The notes beneath the pieces are model-generated. The model made no database searches. It saw nothing but the letters and a program-made list of their open reading frames with translations, and was not told the DNA's origin. 64,000 bases of DNA from Pedosphaera sp. (GTDB lineage: Bacteria > Verrucomicrobiota > Verrucomicrobiia > Limisphaerales > SIBH01): assembly GCA_031414955.1 (NCBI GenBank), contig JANOQV010000102.1:1-64000 (forward strand), given 5' to 3'. The number at the start of each line of letters is the position of its first letter. The stretch's first letter is position 1. This document shows positions 54,688 through 64,000 of the stretch, piece by piece. The translations under genes were made by a program, and so were the position numbers.

Positions 54688-57600
54688 TCAACTAGGTGTG
54701 GAGGACGACGCCTGCTTCAAAGCCTCGACGACTTGCGCGAGGAAGTCGCTGTCTACGAAAGGCACCTGACCGAAAATAATTTCGGGTGCGCCTTCGAGCT
54801 TCGCGGCGAGATGGCCCTTTCCGAGAAGACGCTCCGCGCCTTTTTCACCGAGCGCGATTTCGGACGTGCCTTCGCCGTCCACGCGGAGCACGAGTCGATT
54901 GCCGAGGTTCGCACGAAGCTGCATCGGCATCACGTTGGCGTCCGGGCGCTGCGCTGCGAAGACCAGCGAGATGCCTGCGGCGCGGGCCTTCACGCCGAGT
55001 CGGCCAACGATGTCCGACACGGCATCTGAGTATTCTGGCGTCATCATCCATTCGGCGAACTCGTCATGGATGACCCAGAGAAAAGGCAGGCGCTCGGTCG
55101 CGGTCGGCTTCTTGTTCAGGTCAAAGATGTTTGAAACCTTGTTCTCCTTGAGGACGGTGTAGCGCCGGTTCATCTCAGCGACGAGTTCATTCAGCTTTTG
55201 GATGGCCGTGTCCTGCGCGTCGATGATGCCGCCTTGCAGGTGGGGCAAGCCCTCGAACGCGAAGTAGTCCACGCCCTGCTTCGGGTCGATGAGCACGATG
55301 CTCGCCTGCGCGGTCGTGTTGGTGCAGGCGATGCCCAAGATGATGTTCTGCATCAACACGGACTTGCCGCTGCCGGTAGAGCCAGCGATGAGCGTGTGCG
55401 GCGCGTTGGATTTCGGGGAAATAAACAGCGGGCTGCTGTCTTCCTCGCGCACCGCAATCAGCAAGTCGTGATTACCGTTCGTGCAGTTCGGGTTCCAGTT
55501 CTTCCACACGTCAGGCAGATGCAGCACACGACGGTTCGGGCGAGCGATGGCGATGGACACGATACCGGGTTCAGCACGAACGGAGATGACGTTCAGCCCG
55601 TGAGTGGTCAGGAATTCCGAACGCCGCTTGAGCACCTGCTCCACCGTGAGGTTGGCGCTGCCTTGGAATTTCAACAGCGCCGCGTTGGGCGTAAGCGCCT
55701 TCGTCAGCAACTTCGATTGAAGCTGGAACTGCTGCAACGCGCCTTTGCACTTGCTCTCAACCTGACGCAGCCATTCCTCGTCGGCGGCGCTGTCTTGTGA
55801 ACCGCCCTGATAACCGGCGACGAGCTGGCCCACCTGCGGGAACGGCCATGTGCCACTGGGCGCGGCTTGAGGTGCCGGTGTGGGTGCAGACGCGAGAGCG
55901 GGTGCCGGAGTTGGTGTGGGCATTGCAGGAGTAGTTGGGGTTGTCGGCTGCGACGAACCGCTGCCGCCTGAGCCGGGCGCGATGCCGCCAGTGTTCGGTT
56001 CCACGTCCACAGTGCGGCGGTGAACAATCTGGATGCGGTCTGATGGCTTGCGGTAGGTCTGCTCAGTCCAGATGTCGCTGCCTGCGTTCGCTTTTCGGAT
56101 GGCCGTTGGGTTCGCATCCTTCGCGTAGCTCAACACCAACTCGCGCAGCCGTGCTCGCGAGAAGACTTCCTGCCACGAGTCATCGGACTCTGCCACGGTT
56201 ACGAAGTCGGAGCACTCCGGCGAATCCGATGGGCCGGATACGAAGACGTGCGAGTAGCCGCGCATGTGAATGCCGCACTCACCGCAACGCACGGCCTTTC
56301 GCCATGCGGACAAATCAATGGGCGAATTCGCCGGAAACTGGATGCCGTTCAGCATTAAGTCGGAGAAGCGTGACAGCCACAGGTCACGGTCGAGCCGCTG
56401 CGGGTCACCGAAGATGGCGTCGTGGATGCGACGAACCGTGTCGCGCAGTTGCTTCTGCGACTCCTTCCGCTTGGCGGAGAGGCTGGCGTGGTCGATGTAT
56501 TTGGACTCTGCCACGATGACCGCCAGTTGGAGTTTTCCATCCGGCGTCTGCTCCGGCGTGAGCGCGAGGATGTCGGCAATCTGTTCTTCGCGCTGGCCCA
56601 ACCACTCGGCGTAGTCATCGAGGAAATACCAACCGAAGCGCCGCGTCGCACCAAGCTCGTGACGAATCATGTAGCGGCTGAGGACGACGCCCATCAGTTC
56701 ACTGGCATTGCGCCCACGCTTGGCGGCACGCAGCACGATGTCGCCGGAGATTTCGTTCGCGTCGTTGATGAACTTCTCGGTCAGGTCTTTGCACTCGGCA
56801 TCGCTCAACTCAAGGTTCAAGTCCTTCACGCGGCCCAGCACCATCGAGCGCAGCAGACTTAATGAAGCCGTCGAAGAAATGAGAATGTTGCGCCCCTGCG
56901 TCGCGCCCTGCTTGTAACGGATGACCTTCACGTTCTGGTTCATCAGTTGGCGGCGGTCGAGAAGCTCATCGTAGTTCACCACCCAGTTTCCAAGGTTGTG
57001 AATCTCTTTGAAGATGCTCGCGGTCTGCGGGTCGTTGAAGTCGAGTTTGCGGGCCGGGAGCAGGCGCTTGCCTTCAACGCAATCCCAGTCGCCCCGGATG
57101 AACGTCGTCAGCGCGGTGATGAACGACCAGCCCTCTTTCATTTGCACGGGACAGCACAGGTAGACGACGGATTTCATGTCGTCGCTCGGCGAGGGACGCC
57201 GCCGTGACCAGCGGGCCGGGATGAAGGTCGCGGACTCCACAGGCACGCAGGTTTCCGTATACCACTCCATGCCCGCGTGTCGGGCGATGACATCCTGCAA
57301 GAACACCATGTCCGCCGGAGGGCCGTCCTTCGGGTCGGGCACAGGCGCTTGGTCGGCCATGATGCCGATGCGGAGCCGGGCCATGAAATCCTTCGCGGCC
57401 TCGCTGGACACAAACGAGTCTACGTCCGCGTCCGAGGACTCGATGATTTTCTCGTAGAGTTCACGCAGCTTCGCTCCATCGCGGTGACGGAGGATGATTT
57501 GGCAGCGCATGTCATCCTCGTCCTCGTGAAGCTCGTTCATCTTGTCTACGAGCGAATACGGCAACCGCGCCGAGTCGCAGTTGTAGAGGACGACCGAGAG

Positions 57601-59964
57601 GTTGGCCCGCTCGTGCGGGTAGAGGGACAGGAACCGCTTCGTCAAATCCACGATGAGCGTGGATGTCTCCGCCGGACTTTCGTTCGTGTCGTCGTAGCCG
57701 TCGTTGCTGATGACCGGGGACTCGTGAAGACTGTAGTCGAGATGATGGTCGGTCAGCGAAAGCATCTCCGGCTTCTTGTCGTGCCAGCCCAAGACGATTT
57801 CCGGGTAGTAGGGATGCGCGAGTTCCGCCTCAAGCTCATTGAAGAACAGCGGCGCGTCGCCGAAGAAAACATTTTCAGCCGTCAACAAATACCGGAGCAG
57901 CGATGAGACTTGGAGCGCCTTGTTCGCCATCGCCGAGAGCCGAAGTGGATGCCACGGCGCGACGATGGCGGTGACACGACCGCCGTCTACAATGACGGAG
58001 CCGATTTGCAGTAACGGACGCAGCAGGCTCTCGCGGTTGCGGTCGCCCTTCGCGTCCCGGCAGATGGCATCGAGCAACACACCATAGTCTTCGGCCTGCT
58101 TGACCATCCCCGCGCAGGCCAGCCCGTCCTCGGCGAAGCCCTTCACCGCCGCTTGGTAGCTCTGCTGGAATGCTTGAAACAAAGCCAACAGCTTCGCGCC
58201 AGTCGCCTCGGACACGAGTCCGTCCTGCTGGGCCTTGATGAGATTCGCAGGCCAGAGCAGAGAGATGTCGTTCTCCTTTTTGTAGGTGGAGACGAACGAG
58301 CCACGGTCTTGACCGTAGGCGGGATAGAGCGTGCGGACGTTGCGGAGGTCGAGCGACTGGTAGCGGCCCTTGCCGCTCACTGGTTCCCGGTTCACGCGAC
58401 AGAGCATCAGCGGATGGTCGGCGAGCCGCAGCCAATCACCGGGAAACTCGCTGGCGATGGAGTTCGGGTCATGCGACCAGACCAGTTGCTTGAAGTAGGT
58501 GTCCGTCGTCCCGGTGGAAAGCTCGACTTCGAGTTCAATCAGGAACTTCAACTGCAACGCGGCCTTGGCGGCGGATGCGTTGCGGAAGGGCTTCGTTGCT
58601 CTCCGCCACTGGTCGGTCAACGCCTCGAAGTTCAGCAAGTCGCCAACGTCCCATGAGACACGATTTCCAAAGAGCGCCTTCAATCCGTGATAGCGGCGGG
58701 CGAAGAACAGTCCGGCATCTTCGTTGAGTTCCTTGAGGTCTTTCTTCGTGCGCCGGTCGCAGGTGATTTTCAGACGACGCTTGGACGATGGCGCGTCGTC
58801 GTGGTCGAACAGACGCTCCAAGCAAAGCGTGAGGCCAATCAGGAAATCCTCCGTCTCGATGGGCGCACCGAAGATGAATCTGTCCCATTTAGACTTGAGC
58901 GCCGCCAACTCTTTGAGTTCGTTCCGGTGCCGACGATAAAAGTCTTCGTCCTCATCCTGCGCTTCGGTGCGGTTGTTCTCCCGGAGGCGCTCAAGGTAGT
59001 CGCGTTCGTCCGCCGTCAGGAGCGACTCATCGCGCTCCTCGTAAAATTCGAGCGTGGCTTTGCCGAGGTTGAACTTCTCCTTTTTCAAGCCGTCGAACAA
59101 CGGCTTCACCATTTCCCACTCGCAGTGAGCAAGGTCGGCAGCCTGCTGGTTCCACCCGCTCGCGGCAGCGATGAAGGCTTGAATGGTCGGGTGAATCTCG
59201 TCCGGGATGGATTCCTTCACCTTCACGAACGACTCCGACAAATCGTCTTCGAGCAGCAACGCTTGCGTCGGAGTCTGCTTCACAAGGAAGCACGCTCGCT
59301 TCTTGATGACCTGCGCGAAAAGCGCCTTCCACCGGGACGTGTGACCGGCGTTCTTTGGCGTGAGTGACGAAGCGAAAGCCGTGTCTTTCGGGACTTGCAG
59401 CGCGGGCAAGGCCACGCCCAGCGCGGCAAGCACGGGCTGACCGTCCTCGATGGCCACGCGGGTTTGCAAGATGTAGGCGGCAAGCCGGTCGAGGGCGAAT
59501 GAACGGACTTCCAGCAGACCTTCCAGCGCCTTCACCCACCAATGCTGATGGTCGTCGAGGATGGGCAGACCCTCGGCAGCCCAGTTCACCCAGAGCGCAG
59601 GATGTGCGAGAAGTTCCGGTGCGCCAATCGGCACCAGTTCTTTGAGCGACTGCTCTTCGTCGTCGCCGGTGTTGGCTACGAGCAGAGCGGATTTCGCGCA
59701 TGAGGCGTTTCGGAAATACGTCGTGCGCTCATTCGTGAGGATGTGCGCGGGCAACCCGTGTTCACCGACAAAGTGGATGGGCAGTTTGATGTCTACCAGC
59801 GCAGCGAGCGAAGCATCGTCAAGGATGGCCTTGGCGACCGCAGCCGTCTGGTCGGCGCTCAGGCAATCAAGTTGGTAACGGGCGACGCCGGTCGAATCAT
59901 CTTCTGTGAGACGGTCGCGCAGATAACTCGCGACGACTTTGCCAATGAGTTGGTCGCTGGTCAT
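54688..59964 (-). CDS. Large PD-(D/E)xK-like nuclease plus FtsK/HerA ATPase protein (DndH-like, 1758 aa)
   Basis: IADIL..VAESKY nuclease-like motif; Pro/Thr linker; PHTLIAGSTGSGKS, LIDPKQ, IHDEFA, RAAGI, AQRP, GAERLLGKG. Confidence 0.85.
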   Translation of the reverse strand: MTSDQLIGKVVASYLRDRLTEDDSTGVARYQLDCLSADQTAAVAKAILDDASLAALVDIKLPIHFVGEHGLPAHILTNERTTYFRNASCAKSALLVANTGDDEEQSLKELVPIGAPELLAHPALWVNWAAEGLPILDDHQHWWVKALEGLLEVRSFALDRLAAYILQTRVAIEDGQPVLAALGVALPALQVPKDTAFASSLTPKNAGHTSRWKALFAQVIKKRACFLVKQTPTQALLLEDDLSESFVKVKESIPDEIHPTIQAFIAAASGWNQQAADLAHCEWEMVKPLFDGLKKEKFNLGKATLEFYEERDESLLTADERDYLERLRENNRTEAQDEDEDFYRRHRNELKELAALKSKWDRFIFGAPIETEDFLIGLTLCLERLFDHDDAPSSKRRLKITCDRRTKKDLKELNEDAGLFFARRYHGLKALFGNRVSWDVGDLLNFEALTDQWRRATKPFRNASAAKAALQLKFLIELEVELSTGTTDTYFKQLVWSHDPNSIASEFPGDWLRLADHPLMLCRVNREPVSGKGRYQSLDLRNVRTLYPAYGQDRGSFVSTYKKENDISLLWPANLIKAQQDGLVSEATGAKLLALFQAFQQSYQAAVKGFAEDGLACAGMVKQAEDYGVLLDAICRDAKGDRNRESLLRPLLQIGSVIVDGGRVTAIVAPWHPLRLSAMANKALQVSSLLRYLLTAENVFFGDAPLFFNELEAELAHPYYPEIVLGWHDKKPEMLSLTDHHLDYSLHESPVISNDGYDDTNESPAETSTLIVDLTKRFLSLYPHERANLSVVLYNCDSARLPYSLVDKMNELHEDEDDMRCQIILRHRDGAKLRELYEKIIESSDADVDSFVSSEAAKDFMARLRIGIMADQAPVPDPKDGPPADMVFLQDVIARHAGMEWYTETCVPVESATFIPARWSRRRPSPSDDMKSVVYLCCPVQMKEGWSFITALTTFIRGDWDCVEGKRLLPARKLDFNDPQTASIFKEIHNLGNWVVNYDELLDRRQLMNQNVKVIRYKQGATQGRNILISSTASLSLLRSMVLGRVKDLNLELSDAECKDLTEKFINDANEISGDIVLRAAKRGRNASELMGVVLSRYMIRHELGATRRFGWYFLDDYAEWLGQREEQIADILALTPEQTPDGKLQLAVIVAESKYIDHASLSAKRKESQKQLRDTVRRIHDAIFGDPQRLDRDLWLSRFSDLMLNGIQFPANSPIDLSAWRKAVRCGECGIHMRGYSHVFVSGPSDSPECSDFVTVAESDDSWQEVFSRARLRELVLSYAKDANPTAIRKANAGSDIWTEQTYRKPSDRIQIVHRRTVDVEPNTGGIAPGSGGSGSSQPTTPTTPAMPTPTPAPALASAPTPAPQAAPSGTWPFPQVGQLVAGYQGGSQDSAADEEWLRQVESKCKGALQQFQLQSKLLTKALTPNAALLKFQGSANLTVEQVLKRRSEFLTTHGLNVISVRAEPGIVSIAIARPNRRVLHLPDVWKNWNPNCTNGNHDLLIAVREEDSSPLFISPKSNAPHTLIAGSTGSGKSVLMQNIILGIACTNTTAQASIVLIDPKQGVDYFAFEGLPHLQGGIIDAQDTAIQKLNELVAEMNRRYTVLKENKVSNIFDLNKKPTATERLPFLWVIHDEFAEWMMTPEYSDAVSDIVGRLGVKARAAGISLVFAAQRPDANVMPMQLRANLGNRLVLRVDGEGTSEIALGEKGAERLLGKGHLAAKLEGAPEIIFGQVPFVDSDFLAQVVEALKQASSSTPS

Positions 59965-61499
59965 CGGGCCTCCGCGTGATACGGGTTGACGACGTAAGCG
60001 CAGCCATCCGACAACCGGCGCAACAAGCCCAAGCTGCCGAGCCGCTGTTCAAGGCGACGCGAGTTGCCCTGAAATGCCTTCTTATCGAACTCATCCTTCG
60101 AGAGCACCTGCTCGGCCTGCTTGTCCCCGAAGACCAATCCGTATCGCGAGTGTAGACGAGCAAGGAACTGATGAAGCTCGATGCGCTTTTCGACGTTGGC
60201 GAACAGGAGCGTCTTGAGCAGCGCGTCCGTTGGTGCGTAGCGCAGCTTCACGGTGCCGCGCTTTGACACGAGGCCGATTTCACGTCCGTAGTTGCGGTGG
60301 ATGTTGGCAACGTGCTGGCGATGGCGCTTCATGGCATCTTGACGAAGCCGCGAGATGAGTTCTCCGGCATCCGACGGGCCGTCGTAGTCCTCACCCCAAC
60401 GCACTTGCTCTTTGAGAATCCGTCTACACTTCTCGAACGCTCCACTCTCGGTGATGGCCCGCTGCCAGTCGCCGGACTGCTCGATGTTGTTGATGAAAGT
60501 CTCAACGGCCTGTGCGGGCAGCAAGTTGTTCGACTGGTAGAGTTCGCAGGAAACCTCCCTGACGAGCGTCTTCTTCGGTGCGACCACTTCACAGATGAGC
60601 GTGAGCGGCGTGGGCGAGGCGAGAAGCTGTCGTGAAACGGTCAACTGGTATTTCAGCAGGTGCAGCCCGGCCAGATTGACCAGATGCGGATACACGTCGA
60701 AACCCGGAATGTTCAGCCGCAGCACGGCCAGCCAGTCGTCGGCAAGGTCATCGAAGCACGGGTGGCTTGCGTAAGGCAGAAACGCATTTGCGCGTTCGTT
60801 GCTGATGCCTTCGTCAGCGGTCGGTTGCAGGCACCGGATGATGGAATCCCATGTCTTGTCCGTCTTCGCCAATCGTCCTTTGAGAGCGGCAAGAAGCTCC
60901 TGCTTGCGGCTCGTGCGGGAGAGCATCAAGTAGAGCATCTCGCCCGTCCTGCCGAAGAAGCGCCGGTCATTGGTCGAGGCGTTGTTGTCCAAGTCCTCGT
61001 AGAGACAATCGCGGCCATACGGAAAAACGAACTTCGATGTCCACCGCTTGTTGCTGTTCACTTCAAGGCTGGTCGAGCGCACCAACGACACGACTTCGCA
61101 AAAATCCTCGAACGAGTGGAAGTGGTCTTCGAGGAAGCCGAACTCCGGGTGATTGAGTCCCGTCGCCGCCGACTTCATCCGCCGCAGCCATTCATCCCAA
61201 CGGTTGGCGTCGTTGGGAAACGCCAGCCTGATTTCTGGCAGATGCGGATTGTTGAAGAGGATGTTCCGAAGGTAGAGCCGGTGAGCAGCGCGATACTTCA
61301 ACTCGTTCGGTCTGCCCTGTTCGTCAAAAGCACGGCCCTTGTCGTCCTCGTGTGTGAACACGTTCAGGAACTCAAGGAACACAAACCACGGCAACTGCTC
61401 GTCGTAAAGGCGGTGTCCCCATATCGCCTCGTCCACCCACATGGAGGACGATTGCTCCAAGCTCTCCGGCGGCGGCAAGGTTTGTGGCAGCGCGTTCAT
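59961..61499 (-). CDS. Hypothetical protein, DndG-like by position (512 aa)
   Basis: ATGA overlaps on both sides; C-terminal winged-helix-like LGLLRRLSDGCAYV. Confidence 0.7.
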   Translation of the reverse strand: MNALPQTLPPPESLEQSSSMWVDEAIWGHRLYDEQLPWFVFLEFLNVFTHEDDKGRAFDEQGRPNELKYRAAHRLYLRNILFNNPHLPEIRLAFPNDANRWDEWLRRMKSAATGLNHPEFGFLEDHFHSFEDFCEVVSLVRSTSLEVNSNKRWTSKFVFPYGRDCLYEDLDNNASTNDRRFFGRTGEMLYLMLSRTSRKQELLAALKGRLAKTDKTWDSIIRCLQPTADEGISNERANAFLPYASHPCFDDLADDWLAVLRLNIPGFDVYPHLVNLAGLHLLKYQLTVSRQLLASPTPLTLICEVVAPKKTLVREVSCELYQSNNLLPAQAVETFINNIEQSGDWQRAITESGAFEKCRRILKEQVRWGEDYDGPSDAGELISRLRQDAMKRHRQHVANIHRNYGREIGLVSKRGTVKLRYAPTDALLKTLLFANVEKRIELHQFLARLHSRYGLVFGDKQAEQVLSKDEFDKKAFQGNSRRLEQRLGSLGLLRRLSDGCAYVVNPYHAEAR

Positions 61500-63394
61500 G
61501 GCATGATTTCAACAGCCCGTGGGTCGGGCGTTCCTTGCTCGGTCAGAGATAGCAGCGTGAGCGAAATCGTGGAACCCGCTGGTGCTTCTTCCTTGGCCTG
61601 ACGCTTGGCGTAGGTGGCAATCAGCTGACTCTTGAACGCGAGCAAATCTTCGTAGCACTCCTTGGAGAAGCTGGCGGGCAGAGCGCCTTCCACCGCGATG
61701 CGCGACAGGAACTCGTAGCGGATGAGCGTCAGGTTGAAGTCTGCGAAACTGTCCGGCGTGAAATAGACGGACAGCAGCACCCGCCCGCTGGGCGGGTCAA
61801 AACGCAGCATCACTTTCTCGCCCTTGCTCGGCTCTACCGACACGCGTTCCACGAGGATGCGGCTCACCTTGGCCTGCGAGTAGTTGCCGCTCGTCGCCAA
61901 GAAAAGTTCACGGTCGCTATTGATGAGCATTCCCGTGAACACGCGGTTCAACCCCTTGACCAAGCGAGACACGAGCGGGCGCTTCACCACCGCGCTGCGT
62001 TTCAGCACGTCTACGATTTCTTCGAGGTATTCGCCGGCGAATCGGAACACGGTCAACTCCCACAGCTTCAACTCGCGCTCGGCCTCCTTGGGGATTTTGA
62101 AGAACAGTCCGCGGCGCTGGGCCACGAGCATTTGCAGAAACGCCTTGTCCTTGTCCTCATCCTCACTCGTGCCCTCTATGTATTCGTGTTTGGCGGCGTA
62201 GAACCGTTCGTCAGCACCATAGAACTTGTCCTGCTTGACGAAGGTCTTGAAGTAGCTGCCTAGATGTTCGTCGCCATCGCCGAAGATGAGCAGGTTGTCT
62301 ACGCGGTTCGATGTCTCGTAGCCAATTTGAAACCGCTCCAAGAAATCAAAGATGGTGATGGACTGCCGCCGGATGTCCGAGAGGTTCGCGCCGAAGATGT
62401 TGTTCTAGAGACTGGCCTTGGAGACGGTGCCGGCCGCGATGAGCTTCGGCACGTCGCTTGGCAGCATCAAATGCTGGCTGGCATCAGGATGACCGAGTAC
62501 AGCGTTGGAGAGCAGCAGGAGAATCTGGCGCACTGGAACGTGAAGGCCATTGTGGTCGCACAATTCCAGCAGCGACCGCAGCCGCGCTTTGACCAACGGC
62601 GTGCCGAGCAGTTCGTAGTTCTGGCGGATGGGGCACTTCGGCCCGAACACGTCGTTCTCACCGGGCACGCCCTGCTTGAGTTCATCCCAGCCCGGATGAG
62701 CGAGGAACTTCTCGATGGCGCGGTCGAACAACTCGGCGGAACTGGCGCGGCTCAGGTTAAAAAATCGTAGACGCACTCCGGGTTGCTCCTGCCGGTCTTC
62801 GACCAATAAGTCCTCGAACACCTGCCGCGCCCGCTTCACGTCATCGGTGTCCTTCAAACGCCGGAAGGACTCAATGAGTTGCCCGTCGTTGGCCGCGATA
62901 AGAAAAATCTCGTCCGCCTCGGCGTTGAACAACGAGTGGCAGAACTTTTGGAGCAGTGCCTCCTTGTCTACATCCCACTCCGCTCCTTGCTGCGGTGCCC
63001 AACCGCTCAAGTCGCGAATGAAGTGAATTTGAACAGAACGGTACAGACTGGGTTCTTGGGAGTCGGGCCACTTGGCCCTGTCTTTGGGATAGTGGAAGCG
63101 GATGGTCAGGTAGGGGTTGTCGGATGCCCAGTCTTCTTCCTTCCCTTGGAGTGCCTTCCAAACCTGCCGACACAAGTGCGTTTTGCCGTCACCCGCCGTG
63201 CCGGTCAGGATGACCGAAACGGGGTCAGCCGTAGCCTGATTGAAGGAGTCTGCGATGCGCTTCTGATACGGATGCTCAAAGTCGATAGGGGCGATTCCCT
63301 GACGACGAGCCGACCGCTGAATCGTCTCGTCATACATGTTGTCATTCCGAGGCACCGGCCCGTAGTGACGAAGGAATTTCAGCCAGCTACTCAT
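61496..63394 (-). pseudogene. P-loop NTPase (DndF-like by position) with one in-frame TAG at 62405-62407
   Basis: VILTGTAGDGKT Walker A; IAANDGQL; the frame continues KASL*NNIFGANLSDIRRQSITIFDFLERFQIG into the 281-aa ORF. Confidence 0.8.
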
Positions 63395-63999
63395 TTATCC
63401 AAGCTCCGGCTCACGCATTTGCTCACGGCATCGGCAAAGTGTTGGTGAACGGAATCGTCCGTGGAGAAACCACGGGCCTTTTTTGACGTGAAGTAAAGGC
63501 AGCCTAAAGCTGCATACCCCGCCTTTTTCGACTTCTTCTTCAACTCATCGAAGTCGTCCTTGGTGCAACATTCCGCGAAGAGGAAGGTGTTCTTCACGCC
63601 GAACTCTTTCATCTCTTTCGGATAGTCAGTGTCGACAGCGGTCAGGATAGACTTGCAACTGACAATCGCATGCGCCTTGGCAGCGTCGATGAATCGAAAA
63701 TCCATTACGGGGTGTTCCTCGCCGTTCCACTTATCTACGTATCCCTTTTCGTGAATGATGATGTCGCATTCGCGGGAGCATGTGGCTCTATCCTTGTTCA
63801 GAAGGTGTCCCCAGCTTACTTCTACATTCTGGCCGGACAGCATCCCGCGAAGGATGTAGATTACGCGGGCCGACAGGCGCAACCCTCGCACGAAGCGGAG
63901 GATTTCACCTTCGCGTTTTCCGGGTGAGACGCGAACATCCGGCGGTGATAGACGAAGCCCTTGAAACTCGGTAGCAAGCTGGTTGAATTTGCCGTAAGC
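63391..63999 (-). CDS. 5'-truncated PD-(D/E)xK-like (DUF6602-like) protein
   Basis: Frame is open to the window edge; SRECDIIIH..AIVSCKS; 4-nt overlap with the NTPase gene. Confidence 0.6.
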   Translation of the reverse strand, partial: AYGKFNQLATEFQGLRLSPPDVRVSPGKREGEILRFVRGLRLSARVIYILRGMLSGQNVEVSWGHLLNKDRATCSRECDIIIHEKGYVDKWNGEEHPVMDFRFIDAAKAHAIVSCKSILTAVDTDYPKEMKEFGVKNTFLFAECCTKDDFDELKKKSKKAGYAALGCLYFTSKKARGFSTDDSVHQHFADAVSKCVSRSLDK

Positions 64000-64000
64000 C

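Noticed and set aside
54688..55500. FtsK domain as a cell-division FtsK or conjugative coupling protein
   Set aside because: There is no N-terminal membrane domain, and no relaxase or type IV secretion genes were seen; the operon context fits a defence role better.
55860..55990. Short GGTGTGGG-like repeats
   Set aside because: They encode the Pro/Thr/Ala linker before the FtsK domain.
31174..62407. Stop-to-Tyr codon reassignment suggested by two in-frame stops at apparent Tyr positions
   Set aside because: The two stops are different codons (TAA and TAG), and both codons end ordinary genes in this window (TAG at 1348-1350, TAA at 12010-12012).
1..64000. tRNA, rRNA, CRISPR array, integrase or transposase
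   Set aside because: None was recognised by eye; tRNAscan-SE, Infernal and ISEScan runs would be needed to exclude them formally.

Overview
GC-rich bacterial DNA. The protein families, the shared C-terminal domain on secreted proteins and the A-rich, SD-poor translation starts suggest Verrucomicrobiota (inference). There are four blocks. (1) 1-12 kb: secreted or periplasmic proteins (di-haem cytochromes, an FG-GAP/PKD protein) interrupted by a GHKL-ATPase/SF2-helicase fusion, an AAA-DUF4143 gene and two gene remnants. (2) 12-35.5 kb: a heavy-metal island with a Cu P1B-ATPase, a CorE-like ECF sigma, a multicopper oxidase with TolC, a CnrYXH-like module with two copies of a 26-nt ECF-type promoter, CusRS-like regulators, RcnA and CzcCA-like genes, and two putative RAPP-type ribosome-arrest leader ORFs. 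(3) 35.6-42.9 kb: a damage-inducible cassette of DUF72, LexA with a perfect non-canonical palindrome on its promoter, and a single 1450-aa ORF fusing a catalytically intact Y-family (DinB) polymerase to a DnaE2-type polymerase. (4) 43-64 kb: mobile-element-like cargo (GHKL-zincin, M28-like peptidase, RHH-fused orphan methyltransferase, a 250-bp duplication, GIY-YIG, XRE and excisionase-like HTH genes) ending in a coupled nuclease/ATPase/DndG-like/nuclease-FtsK operon that resembles DndFGH and runs off the window. Two long genes carry single in-frame stops at apparent Tyr codons. No rRNA, tRNA, CRISPR array, integrase or transposase was recognised. All family calls come from motif recognition by eye; no database search was run.
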